Of a stretch of 64,000 nt of DNA, positions 1-13,117 are shown in pieces. The notes under the pieces were generated by a model. The model saw only the letters and a list, made by a program, of their open reading frames with translations. It was not told the origin of the DNA and did no database searches. Every line of letters begins with the position of its first letter. Position 1 is the first letter of the stretch. The stretch lies in assembly GCF_009914755.1 (NCBI RefSeq), contig NC_060931.1; one strand, 5' to 3'. A program made the translations under genes and the position numbers. The DNA is from the human T2T-CHM13v2.0 reference genome, Homo sapiens.

Positions 1-17
1 TGCCTTTCTGTTTTTAG

Positions 18-63
18 AACTTAGTGGACCTTCTCTTTCCTGCTTAGCAGGCAACTGCAGTTT
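18..63 (+). other. Candidate small internal exon (alternative acceptors at 18, 48 or 51; host gene not identified)
   Basis: ctttctgtttttAG at 16-17; a second pyrimidine tract ccttctctttcctgctTAGCAG at 29-50; donor TTT|GTAAGT at 64-69. One frame is open: (E)LSGPSLSCLAGNCS. Confidence 0.4.
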
Positions 64-1072
64 GTAAGTTAGATCTGTGTTTTGTTTCTTCTGTACAATC
101 TAAAAGTTTACAAGTTAATATGACATGGAAAATCCAGTTTATAATAAAGTTACATGATGTTCATTAATTGTGAAGGGAATAAAATGAATTTCTTAGTAGC
201 AAATTTTGGAGGACAAAAATATATCAAAATATAAGGTTTAATAGACAAATTTTCCCTACATAACCGCATATTTTCTTTAAGGATGATCTTTTTATAATTT
301 CATTATTTGGTAAACAGTTTGCCTTTGAAAAGTGAAATTTTTGTATAACAGCATACAAAAAATGAAGAACAATATTTAATAGGTAATATATTTACAGAGT
401 TCAAAAATAGTAAACTGTTAATGAGCTGTACATTGAAAATTCTCCAATTTGTCTGTTTTCTGTCTATACGTTATACACCTCACTCCTACCCATAACTTCT
501 ATCGTTAGTTCTTGTACATAATTCTTGTTTTTGTCCTTCCTTTCTTTAAGCATACACAAATGAACATAAGTATGTATTTTTAATACTCACTTTTTTACAT
601 AAAATGTAACATGCATGTTTTGATTACTCATTTTTACCCCTTTACAATATATCATGGAGGCCTTTCAGCATCGGTCTCTTCATGGAACTTAATAAAAAGA
701 CACTTTTACTGGAGAGGAGTGAAGTTAGAATAACCGCTGAGGCATATATAGATATAGTACTTAAATCATAAGCCCCAGGGCAATAAAATTATGTATTATC
801 CTTGAAATTAAAAAAATATAATATAACAGTAGATTTTCACTGATCTATAGTTTTATCATAAAATTTAACATCAATATTAATTCTCCCTAACCAATAATAA
901 ATTTATATTTCAAGTGTTATTTTAATTGCACGATAAGTCTAATTAAAAAAACAGGTAACATTCTCTATTATTTTAAGGAAATTATTTCATATAAAGTAAG
1001 ATAATGAGAAGGGTCTGTACAGGTACATCATACAGAGTGGGAATCTCTGAACAACTAAAACTAAAATGAGGG

Positions 1073-1442
1073 GTTACTAAAGTCTAAATATGTTCCCCCT
1101 AATTGATGTGTTGGAAGCTTAATCCCCAGTGCAACAGTATGGCAAGGTAGGGCCTGATGGGAGGTGTTTAGGTCATGGAGGCTTCAACCTCATGAATAGA
1201 TTAATACAACCATAAAAAGGGCTGGCAGGAGTGGATTCCCTCTCTTCTGCTTTTTGGCTATGTAAGGATACAGCCATTCCTCTTCTCTGGTGGATGTAGT
1301 AACAAGGCACCATCTTGGAGCAAGAGATCGAACCTTCTGGTGCCTTGACCTTGGACTTCACACCCTCTAGAACTGTGAGAAATAAATTTATTTTCCTTAT
1401 AAGTTACTCAGTCTTTGGTATTCTGTTATAGCAGCACAAAAA
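1073..1442 (+). mobile_element. MaLR solo LTR, MST family (MSTC/MSTD-like)
   Basis: cttaatccccagtgcaacag...ggtgtttaggtcatg...caaggcaccatcttgga...gaactgtgagaaataaatt...gttatagcagcacaaa. Confidence 0.8.
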
Positions 1443-1762
1443 TTTCAGGATATTGAATGAAACTAAATATGGACTAGACCTTTTCAAATATGGATTAGAA
1501 ACTTTTCAAATTGGAAGAGATAAGCCATTTGAAAGGCCAAGTTAAATGAAGACTAAATTAGGATTAAAAATAACATTTTTATTGTAATATACCAAATTTT
1601 AAATTATAGAGGAAAATTATTTACTCTAAATGATTTTTACTCTAAATGAAGTATTCACTCTAAGAGATGTTATCTTTTGTTAAATATATATATTTAATTT
1701 TGGTGGTCATGAGGAAAGACTGCTAAAAAATCTTTAGCTTCAAAAGGGAAAAGGACTTACTA

Positions 1763-2353
1763 AAAATGTTAAAAATAGACTTAGCATGAGACCCAGCAGT
1801 TTCAATCATAGGTATATACTTAAAATATTTGAAAACAGATTCTCAAAAAAAAAACAAGCTTGTACACTCATGTTCATAGCAGCTCTGTGAACAATAGCCA
1901 AAAGGTGGGGAAAGCCCAAATATTCATCAATGGATAAATGCTTAAACAAATTATGGTACATACATACAATAAAATATTATTCAGCCATAAAAAGAAATGA
2001 AGTGTTTATGCAGATACAACAGTGGAAGAACTTCACAAACATTAAGATAAATGAAAGAAGTCATACAAAAAAAGGTCACATTATGATTCCATTTATAAGA
2101 CATGTCTGGATAAGGTAAATTCAGAGACAGAATACAGATTCATGATTGTCAGAGGCTAAGGGGAGGGGACAAGAGGGAGAAACTGCTTAATGGATACAGA
2201 GTTTTATTTTGAAGTGACGAAAATAATTTAAATCTAGATAGATGTGGTGATTGTACAATATTGTAAATGTCCTAAATACCACCAAATTGTCCTTCCTGAA
2301 ATGGTTAACTAACTTTATATTTTATAAATTTCATCTCAATACATTTAAAAAAA
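1763..2353 (+). mobile_element. LINE-1 3' end, L1MB-like (decayed ORF2 C-terminus plus 3'UTR)
   Basis: atgttcatagcagc...acaatagccaaaaggtgg...tattattcagccataaaaagaaatgaag; ORF 1930-2118 resembles the ORF2p tail (LWYIHTIKYYSAIKRNE). Confidence 0.8.
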
Positions 2354-2777
2354 TCAATTCTAGAGTCATGGCCAGAGGCAAAATAAAACTTATTGAAATT
2401 ATTTTTTTTCTATTTTCTCTCATTTATTGTAAGCAAAATAACAGGCGACTTAATAAGCAATCTATACAGCTTTATATATTGTCAGGATTTTTTCTTGGGG
2501 AGCTATTCTTACCCTGTTTAAAATAACATACTTTACCAATAAGTTGCATAAATATGAATAATATATTTGCAGCAAGATGCTTTTGATTTTAGTACAGTGT
2601 ATTTTCTCATTTAATATTGTGAATATTAGCATTTGACAAATAATGTTAATTTGTAGAGGAAATTCCTTGACTACAGCACATATTCCTAAGTGTTTACAAG
2701 ATGGGTTTTAGAACAGATATGAGAATATTCTATCTTTCATTAAATTTTATATATATGTAATATTTTTAAGCGTTATC

Positions 2778-3148
2778 TATATTAGTCTGTTTTCACACTG
2801 CTAATAAAGATATACCTGAGACCGGGCAATTTACAAAAGAAAGAAGTCTAATGAACTTACAGTTCCACATGGCTGGGGAGGCCTCACAATCATGGTGGAA
2901 GGCAAGGTGGAGCAAGTCACATCTTACATGGATGGCAACATACAAAGAGAGAGAGCTTGTGCAAGGGAATTCCTCTTTATAAAACCACCAGATCTCGTGA
3001 GACTTATTCACTATCATGAGAACGGCATGAGAAAGACCCACTCCCATGATTCAATTAACTCCCACTGGGTCCCTCCCATGACACATGGGAATTGTGGGAG
3101 TTACAATTCAAGATGAGATTTCAGTGGAGACACAGCTAAACCATATCA
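2778..3148 (-). mobile_element. THE1 (THE1B/C-like) solo LTR
   Basis: tattagtctgttttcacactgctaataaaga...acacagctaaaccatatca; 5-bp TSD ttatc/gtatc. Confidence 0.92.
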
Positions 3149-3337
3149 GTATCCTATTTGCATTCATGGAAGGGGAGGAGGAAATAATGGCTTCTAACCT
3201 TCTATACACCTGCCATAGTAGCTCCATTTTTACATCTCTGGCCACAAGAATTTTTATGTGAATATTGTCTTTTTCCAATTATTAATACTTTCCTAAGCCA
3301 TTTTTATTTCATTTTAATAAATTCAGTAAATATCTTA

Positions 3338-3649
<312 letters not shown>

Positions 3650-4280
3650 GAGTGGATAATAAGTCACTTAATTACTAAAGTTACTAAAATCACTGAGTCT
3701 AACAATGGTAAACCTCAAATTTTATTTTGTAAATTTGGATAAAAGTTTGCTACAGAGATTTACTTATTAAAATTATATACTAGAAATTAAAGTAGATAAT
3801 TTGGAAAACAAACATGTTGGGAGAGCTGGAAAATAGCTGTCTTTTTCTGTACTCTGGGTGTAAAAGAAGGTTGATGATTTGGGCATTGTAGAGTTTAGTT
3901 GTTTTCCAACTTAATGCGTGTTGACATTGATGCCCTCCCACAATGTAGAGGACTTTAAATATAAAGCTATAATTTGGATGTCATGTGGTTCAGAGATCTG
4001 AAGAAAAATCAGGTTTTACTTCACAAATCCTTAAACTGTAAGGGATTCTAAGAATTCTTATTTTTCATATCCAAGGAATATAATCAAGCTTAGTTTCTGG
4101 GTCTGAATTTTAAAATCTCATACACGAAGTAAATATTCTTCATAAGAATTAGTTAGGACACATAAGCTAAGAGAATTTTGTCCGACTCAGCAACATTGAA
4201 TGTCAGGTTCAACGTTTAACATTCAACTAGCTGAGCAGGAAAATATACATATGTATATTTTGTTTTGTTTTCCTGTAAAG

Positions 4281-4290
4281 TCTAATACAG
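4281..4290 (+). other. Candidate 10-nt microexon or recursive (AG|GT) splice site
   Basis: ttttgttttgttttcctgtaAAG|tctaatacag|GTAAGA. Confidence 0.3.
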
Positions 4291-4378
4291 GTAAGAAAGT
4301 GATTTGTTGAATGAAGTATTTACTTTGCAAAGTAAATGGTAATTTTGGGCCAAATTTTTCCTTTTAAAAAAAATTTAT

Positions 4379-4668
4379 GGCCAGGTGCAGTGGCTCACAC
4401 CTCTAATGTTAGCACTTTGGGAGGCTGAGGCGGGTGGATCACCTGAAGTCGGGAGTTTGAGACCAGCCTGGCCAACATGGTGAAACCCCATCTCTACTAA
4501 AAATACAAAAATTAGCTGGGCGTAGTGGTGGGTGCCTATAATCCCAGCAACTCGGGAGGCTGAGGCAGGAGAATCGCTTGAACCTGGGAGGCGGAGGTTT
4601 CAGTAAGCCGAGATCACGTCAATGCACTCCAGCCTGGGTTACAGAGTGAGACTCCATCTCAAAAAAAA
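4379..4668 (+). mobile_element. AluS (Sx/Sq-like)
   Basis: Full dimer; TSD-like aaaaaaaattta on both sides. Confidence 0.95.
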
Positions 4669-4976
4669 TTTACTCAGCTCATATGGCTTTCCAACTACAA
4701 AAGGGCATGGTTTTTATGTTTATTAGAATAGTTGGTGTATTATTCTAGTGTATATACCATGCACAAATTTTATACATACTTAGCTTATATTCTTAGGAAA
4801 ATAGTGTGCACTGTGGAGATAATTTCATTAAGATAAAACTATTGTCATCCCTTTGTGTCTAGAAAAATTTCATGCTATTATTAACCTGTGCTTAAATTTC
4901 TATATAGCTTATCTTGACCACAAAATCTCATTTTATAATTTGTTAATCAACATTGATTTTTAATTTTTGGTTTAAA

Positions 4977-5179
4977 ATTTTACTTTAAGTTCTGGGATAC
5001 ATGTGCAGAACGTGCAGGTTTGTTACATAGGTATACATGTGCCATGGTGGTTTGCTGTGCCTATCAGCCCATCATCTTGGTTTTAAGCCCTGCAGGCATT
5101 AGGTATTTGTCCTAATGCTCTCCTTCTTCTTGCCCCCCTCCCCCAACAGGACCCGATGTGTGATGTTACCCTCCCTGTT
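4977..5179 (-). mobile_element. L1PA (about PA7/8) 5'-truncated 3'UTR
   Basis: tactttaagttctgggatacatgtgcagaacgtgcaggtttgttacataggtatacatgtgccatggtggtttgctg. Confidence 0.9.
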
Positions 5180-5210
5180 AAGAAGTTCAGTCTTATCTGA
5201 AGGTCTTATC

Positions 5211-5530
5211 TGTTTATTTATTTATTTTATAATTGTTATTTTTTTTTTAGAGACAGAGTCTCACTCTCTCCCCCAGGCTGGAGTGCAGTGGCGTGATCAT
5301 AGCTCACTGCAATCTCAAACTCCTGGGCTGAAGCGATCCTCTCACCTCAGCCTCCTGAGTAGCTGAAACTACAAGCATGTGCCACCATGTCCAGCTAACT
5401 TTACTTTTTATGTAGAAAGGAGGTCTCACTATGCTGCCCAGGCTAGTCTTGAACTCCCTGGCCTCAAGCATCCTTCTGCCTTGGCTTCCCAAAATGCTGG
5501 GATTACAAGTGTGAGCCACCATGCCAGGCT
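5211..5530 (-). mobile_element. AluJ
   Basis: Poly-T/TTTA tail, then gagacagagtctcactct...gtgagccaccatgccaggct. Confidence 0.92.
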
Positions 5531-6387
5531 GTGATACTGTATTTAAACAGGGACTTCTACAGGCTATTGTCACTTAAATGCAAATGAAAAGGGAAGGCAA
5601 AGGAGGGAGGGAGGTAGAGAGACAGAGAAATCATAAATATAAATAATTCAAGTGCACAATTTCTCAACCTTAGTATGCTTCTTTTCTCTTATATTGCAGT
5701 CTCAGATTTTCCAGCAGACAGTTCTAATCAGAGCACTAAAACCAAATTCTCATGTGTATAATTAAGTTCTATCTATTTTAAACACCTCTTATGTTGTGGG
5801 ACCTGACCTGGTCAATGATGTTAGGCTTTCATTTCAGAGGCAAGTCTATTTTCTAAAATGACTCGGAAGTCTGGCCAAGCCATGTAGGCCTTGTTGCTTT
5901 TTTGAGGACAATGAAATAAAGCAAAACCAAAAACCTGACAAATAAGAACAACTCAATATAGGCTGTTTTCCTACAATGATGAGTGTGCTGAATTACAGAA
6001 CTCATTTTCAAGGGAGGAAATCCTGAACAGCATCATCCAATAATAAATATAAAAGTGCACTGAAGACCATTTGATGAAATGTCTGTATGCTTGCATCAAG
6101 TTTTCACAAAGATGTAAACAAAATTTCATATGTCACATTTCATCTCAGTGTGTTGTGTGACTAGCTGGTGTATGCAATTCACTACATCTATTTAAAATGT
6201 TTTACGCTTTGCTGTGAGTTAATTTTGCCTCCTATTATATACCACTATGTTGCTCATGTATTCTTTATGAATTTGTATTCATTACCACCTTTGGTTGCTA
6301 AAAGTTGAGGCAAACCAGCATTTCAGCTCACCAATCATTGTCATTATCAATTAGTGCAAGACTGCCCTTGGTTCATTTTACCTACTT

Positions 6388-6480
6388 CATTTCATTCATA
6401 AGAGAGATCATTTCATTCATAAGAGAGAGAGATCTCATTCATAAGACAGAGATCATTTATCTCAATGATCTCTCTCTTAT
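6388..6480. repeat. Short tandem triplication followed by an inverted copy
   Basis: (tcattcataagagagat)-type unit x3; 17-bp stem 6441-6457/6464-6480 with 1 mismatch. Confidence 0.85.
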
Positions 6481-6586
6481 TCCACTTCCTACATAGGCAT
6501 TTTCTTTTGTATGTTTGCTCTATGTCCTTAAACATTTATTATTGGAAAGTATGCAGTAATTTCTCTCTCTCTCTCTCTCTCCCTCC

Positions 6587-6716
6587 TTTTATTTTTTTAG
6601 AGATGTGGTCTTGTTATGTCTCCCAGGCTGGTCTTGAACTCCTAGTCTCAAGAAATACTCCGACTTCAGCCTCTGAAAGTGCTGGGATTACAAGCATTAG
6701 CCATTTTTACCTGGCC
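6587..6716 (-). mobile_element. Alu monomer (FLAM_C-like), preceded by (CT)n at 6562-6581
   Basis: agagatgtggtcttg...caggctggtcttgaactcct...gtgctgggattacaagc...cctggcc. Confidence 0.85.
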
Positions 6717-7310
6717 TGTCCCTTTAAAATTTTTGTATTTATTTTACTGCTTTATTCATTGAACACTGTTTTTGAGGTATATTTATGTTTCTGTCATGTA
6801 TTTAGTTCCTTATACAGCATTGTTTTCCTAGTGGGCAACTAACTATGTTTTACTTTTTCATTTTCCCAATGAATTCCTGTAGGTGCTTCCAACTCCCACA
6901 ACAACGAACATTGCCTTGAAAAACTTATTGTACAGTCCCCATGTGAAATCATATGAGAATTTTGCTATTATTTTGCTAGCTTTTAATGTGTTCATCATAT
7001 ATAGTTCAGAATTGCAACAGAACAATGACTGCTATGTATTTCTCTTTCTCCCATTTTTGTGAAGAGGAGCAATTACTGTGACTCTGCTGACCTTGCTCCA
7101 CTAGGGTATACTGGCAGCATGGGAGGCAGATGGCTTGTAGTTTGTATTTCTCTGGATGGAGAGGAGATGCATCTGGACTTGGTATAGAGACTATCACACA
7201 TTGTCCAGAGTTACTATGCTTCTAGCTTGATGCTCTGACCAGATGAGACTTTGGGACTGAATGTAGTTTGGCTGAAGGAGGGAGAGTGAGCCAAATGACC
7301 AGAAGAGCAA

Positions 7311-7650
7311 ACTGTGGTTACCATTAATTCTGCTCATGAAATGTCTCTGAGTCTCTGCCTTTTGGTCAAATGATAGTGTGATATCATGTGACAGAGGGGA
7401 TATCCATCAATTCTGGCTCAACTATAGAATTGTTAGTGTGAGATCCTCCATAATGCTCTTTTTGTCTGTCACAATAACCAGCAATATCACAGATGTAGTT
7501 CTCTGTCAGTCTATGTGCAGATATGAGGACCATACCCAGAAAGCCCTCCACAAGACCCATCATGGGCGTGTAGTATAAGAATAAATCTGTGTTGGTTTAA
7601 GTCACTGAGATTTTGAAAATATTTGTTACCAGAGCATAACCCTGCTTGTA
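7311..7650 (+). mobile_element. MLT1 (J/K-like) LTR fragment
   Basis: 3' end: gaataaatctgtgttggtttaagtcactgagatttt...ttgttaccagagcataacc. Confidence 0.6.
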
Positions 7651-8200
7651 ACTCATAGGATATGGATACTTAAAGAGTGGGATCACTGGGTCTTTAGGCA
7701 TCTGCATATAAGTTTGCTAAGTACTTCTAAGAGTACTCTAAATTCTTGATAACACTTGCTATTATCATCTCTTTAAAATTTGTCATTCTTTAATATGTAA
7801 GGGGCCAACATTTTCTGTATTTTCTATTAGGAAGTTTGTGAATGTATCTTTGCTTTTATTATAATCTCACATTTGCTATTGCTAGTGTAGAGGTGAGTTA
7901 TTAGTTTTCGTAAGTTGGTCTAGTATTGGTGAATATTTCTGGACATTCTTACTCATTATTTGTGGGGGGGTTGTTTCTGTGTAGGTGACCATGCAACAAT
8001 GACAGTATTATATCTCCCTTCCAATGTATAAACCTGCCATTTTCTTGTCTTGCAATATTAATGAGAAACTCTAATACCATGCTAAACAAATAGCATAGTT
8101 ACTCAGATCCTGAATTTAATGACTCCCAATTTTTTAAGTTAAAGTAATAGTTGCTATTATTTATGGTAGTTGCCTTGTATTTCTATATTCCATATATATA

Positions 8201-8499
<299 letters not shown>

Positions 8500-8668
8500 A
8501 TTCCTAGTATATTTTTTAACCATAAACAGGTGTGGAAGTTTATCAACTGCTTCCCCCTGCCATTTAATCTTTTAATGTACTCGATTATATTGAATGTTTT
8601 AGAAATATTTTTATTTATGGGATAAGCCCTACTTGAAGATAATGCATTGTTTTTAATATACTGTTTTA

Positions 8669-9049
<381 letters not shown>

Positions 9050-9321
9050 TCAAAAGAATGTTGAATAACTTTTTTATCCTTTCTGTTTTTCATATTATCA
9101 TGAATATATTGAAGATCATTTATTCATTAAATGTTTGATAAATGTCATTGGAAAACTGGGGCTTTGGAAAGCTTTTTATAGGTAGATGTTGATTTCTCTT
9201 CCCATGTTTTTTAAGACACTGGTCTACTCAAAGTTTCTTATTTCTTTTTGTGCCAATACTGAACTTATGTTTTCTAGGACCTTATCTACATTATCTAGAT
9301 TATGGAATTTATTGGCAGATG

Positions 9322-9598
9322 CAGTTGGCCTTTGAACAACACAGGTTCAAGCAGTGCAGGTCCACTTATATGTGAGTTTTCTCAATAAATGCAGTTGGCT
9401 CTTTGTATTGGTGCATTCCCAGTTTGCAACCAAATGCAGATCAACAGTAATCACAGAAAGCTAAACCCACCTATGTGAAGGGACAATTTTTCCTGTCCTA
9501 GTGTTCTGCAGAGCAGACTGTGGGACTTGAGTATGTGTGGATTTTGGCATCTGTGTAGGTCCTGGAACCAATACTCCATGGATACCTATGAATGTTTG
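9322..9598 (-). mobile_element. MER8-like Tigger MITE
   Basis: cagttggcctttgaacaacac...gtccacttata...gggacttgagtatg...tcctggaaccaat...ggatacc. Confidence 0.75.
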
Positions 9599-9920
9599 TA
9601 ATCACTTTTATGTCTTTGAGCATTTTAATTTTTATTATCTAGAGATATTCTCCCTTTTGTAATGTAGCTTGTATCTTGTGATCATCTGCCTTTTCATTTT
9701 GATCATTATTGCTGTATATTGTATGTTTTATCTAGTTTTTCAAAGACTTTTGTCATCTCTGTGTGTTGTGCTCCTTTTCTGTGCTCCTTTTCTTAGCCAT
9801 TTCCTTTTACATTGTTTCTATGACTCTATTTTTATTACTTTCCTTCATAACTTCTTAATTGGAATGCCCATGAGGTATTGTTTGTTTTGAGTTTTCTGTT
9901 TTCTGACATAAACTTTCATT

Positions 9921-10275
9921 TTTATTTTTTTCCCCAACTTTAATTTTAGGTTCAGGGGGTAACATGTGCAGGTTTGTTACAGGGCTAAATTGTATGTCTT
10001 AGGGGTATGGTTTACAGATTGTTTCTTCACCGAGGTAATAGCATAGTACCTGATGGGTAGTTTTTTGATCCTTACCCTCCTCTCACCCTCCACCCTCAAG
10101 TAGGCCTTGGTGTCTAATGCTCCTTTCTTTGTGTTCATGTGTACTCAATGTTTAGCTCCTGCTTTTAAGTGATGCAGTATTTGGTTTTCTATTCCTGCAT
10201 AAATTCTCTTAAGATAATGGCCTCTAGCTCCAGCACTATACATGTTACTGCAAAGGACATCATTTTGATCTTTTT
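9921..10275 (-). mobile_element. L1PA (about PA15/16) 3' end
   Basis: aactttaattttaggttcagggggtaacatgtgcaggtttgttac...ccctccaccctcaagtaggcc. Confidence 0.85.
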
Positions 10276-10361
10276 TAACTTTTATGATTATAAATTTCAT
10301 TCTGAGTATTCATATTCATTTAGTTATGTTCTACACTCTCGAGATGTAGTTTTTTCTTGAC

Positions 10362-10643
10362 TTTTTTTTTTTTTTTTTTTTTTTTTTTGATGGAGTCTTG
10401 CTCTGTTGCCTAGGCTCACTGCAACCTCCACCTCCCGGGTTCAAGTGATTCTCCTGCCTCAGCTTCTGGAGTAGCTGGGATTATAGGTGCGTGCCGCCAC
10501 ACCCAAATAATTTTTGTGTTTTTAGTAGAGACGGGGTTTCACCATCTTGGCCAGGCTGGTTTCCAACTCTTGACCTCAAATGATCCACCAACCTCAGCCT
10601 CCCAAGGTGGTGGGATTTCAGGCATGAGCCACCAGAGCAGGCC
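10362..10643 (-). mobile_element. AluS with ~25-bp internal deletion
   Basis: T27 tail; ctaggct|cactgcaacc junction at ggct microhomology. Confidence 0.93.
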
Positions 10644-10772
10644 ACTTGGCCATTTTTAAATAAGTATTTTGAGTATTATAATTTTCTTTCCTGTAGTTTC
10701 CTTTTTAACTAAAAACATATTAGCAGTACTTTAATTATTTTATAACTTAAAAACTATATTAAAATTTAATTT

Positions 10773-11712
<940 letters not shown>

Positions 11713-12754
11713 TGAAATAGTTATTGTAGACAATGAAGAAGGAGGTGACTAGGAACCCCCACATGCATTTCTGTACAGGGTTGAGGGGGAAGCTTGGCTT
11801 GAAGTCCATGGGCATCTAGCAAAATCTTTTGACACATGAAATTTTTCCAAAATGGTAAGTATCTCAAAAAGCATACAACTGGACATCATTAATTGGAGTT
11901 TTCCCAGGTGGATGAAGGGAAAGAATAAAGAGGCCATCATTGGCAAGAGATTGAATGAGTTTTTCAATTCGGTTTTATAGAAATTAAGTAGTTTTTTGTA
12001 GGGAGGCAGAGAATTCTTAGATAATGGAGAAGTCCCCTGAAAAATTAAAATATGATATAGGCATGGATGCACATCTGTGAGGTTTTTTTTTCTGCTAGAA
12101 TAAGAAACCTTTTTGCTTATATTTGTGATGGTGCGGGACTGCATAGTCAGCAAAGGTGACTTAGCAAATAAGTCACTAGGAAGAAATAGGAGTTTCTATT
12201 ATATTCCTTTGAGGAAAAAGAGGTCTTCTTACTAGTGACTGGTATTTTTGATCTTCAAGGAGTAGCAACCCATTTTGTTGTTGTTGCTAAGAATAGGGTT
12301 CAATATGGCTTTTCCAATGGATCATAAAATCCCACCATTCTAGTATAGCACCAGAATGAACTTTTAGGTAGGTCTTTACAGCCTAACAAGGAGACAGAAA
12401 GAACACAAATAAAGAGATAGTGGGCTTGGGAAAGAAAAAGGAGAAAGCACTGGATGTAGGGAATATGAAGGACTACTGGGCCTCTTTTCTGAAAGTGGTC
12501 CCATAGGTGTGGCAGAGGGCTAGGGCCCAGGAACTGTGCTAGATCAGATGATTGTCTCTAGGTCTGCAGACAAATCTGTAAACCAGGTGCTCTATCATTT
12601 GAGTAGAAATATGGCCTACCTGCTATCTTCCTGCCTGCTGGTGCCCAGAAGGTTCAACGTTCTGTCTTAACTCTGAAACGTCACATGCTACCCTGTAATC
12701 ACATTAGATCACCTACCTGAAATCTTCTAAGATATTAAATCTCTAAAAGACCAT

Positions 12755-13117
12755 TGTATTAGTCTCTTCTCACATGCTAATAAAGACATACCTGAGACTG
12801 GGTAATTTATAAAGGAAAGAGGTTTAATGGACTCACAGTTCCATCTAGCTAGGGAGCCTTCAAAATCATGGCAGAAGGCAAAAGAGAAGCAAAGACACAT
12901 CTTACACGGTGGCAGGCAAGAGAGCTTGTGTAGGGGAACTCCCCTTTATAAAACCGTCAGATCTTATGAGACTTATTCACTATCATGAGAACAGCATGGG
13001 AGAAACCTGACCATATGATTCAGTTACCTGCCACTGGGTCCCTTCCATGACATGTGGAAATTATGGGAGCTACAGTTCAAGATGAGATTTGGATGGGGAC
13101 ACAGCCAAACCATATCA
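12755..13117 (-). mobile_element. THE1 (THE1B/C-like) solo LTR
   Basis: tgtattagtc...taataaagacatacctgagactggg...acacagccaaaccatatca; perfect TSD accat (12750-12754/13118-13122). Confidence 0.95.

Noticed and set aside
4218-4240. miR-181 gene
   Set aside because: Only the first ~10 nt match and they lie on the 3' arm; the rest of the mature sequence differs.
11749-12153. 134-aa minus-strand ORF
   Set aside because: Non-ATG start, no recognisable homology, composition typical of a chance ORF.
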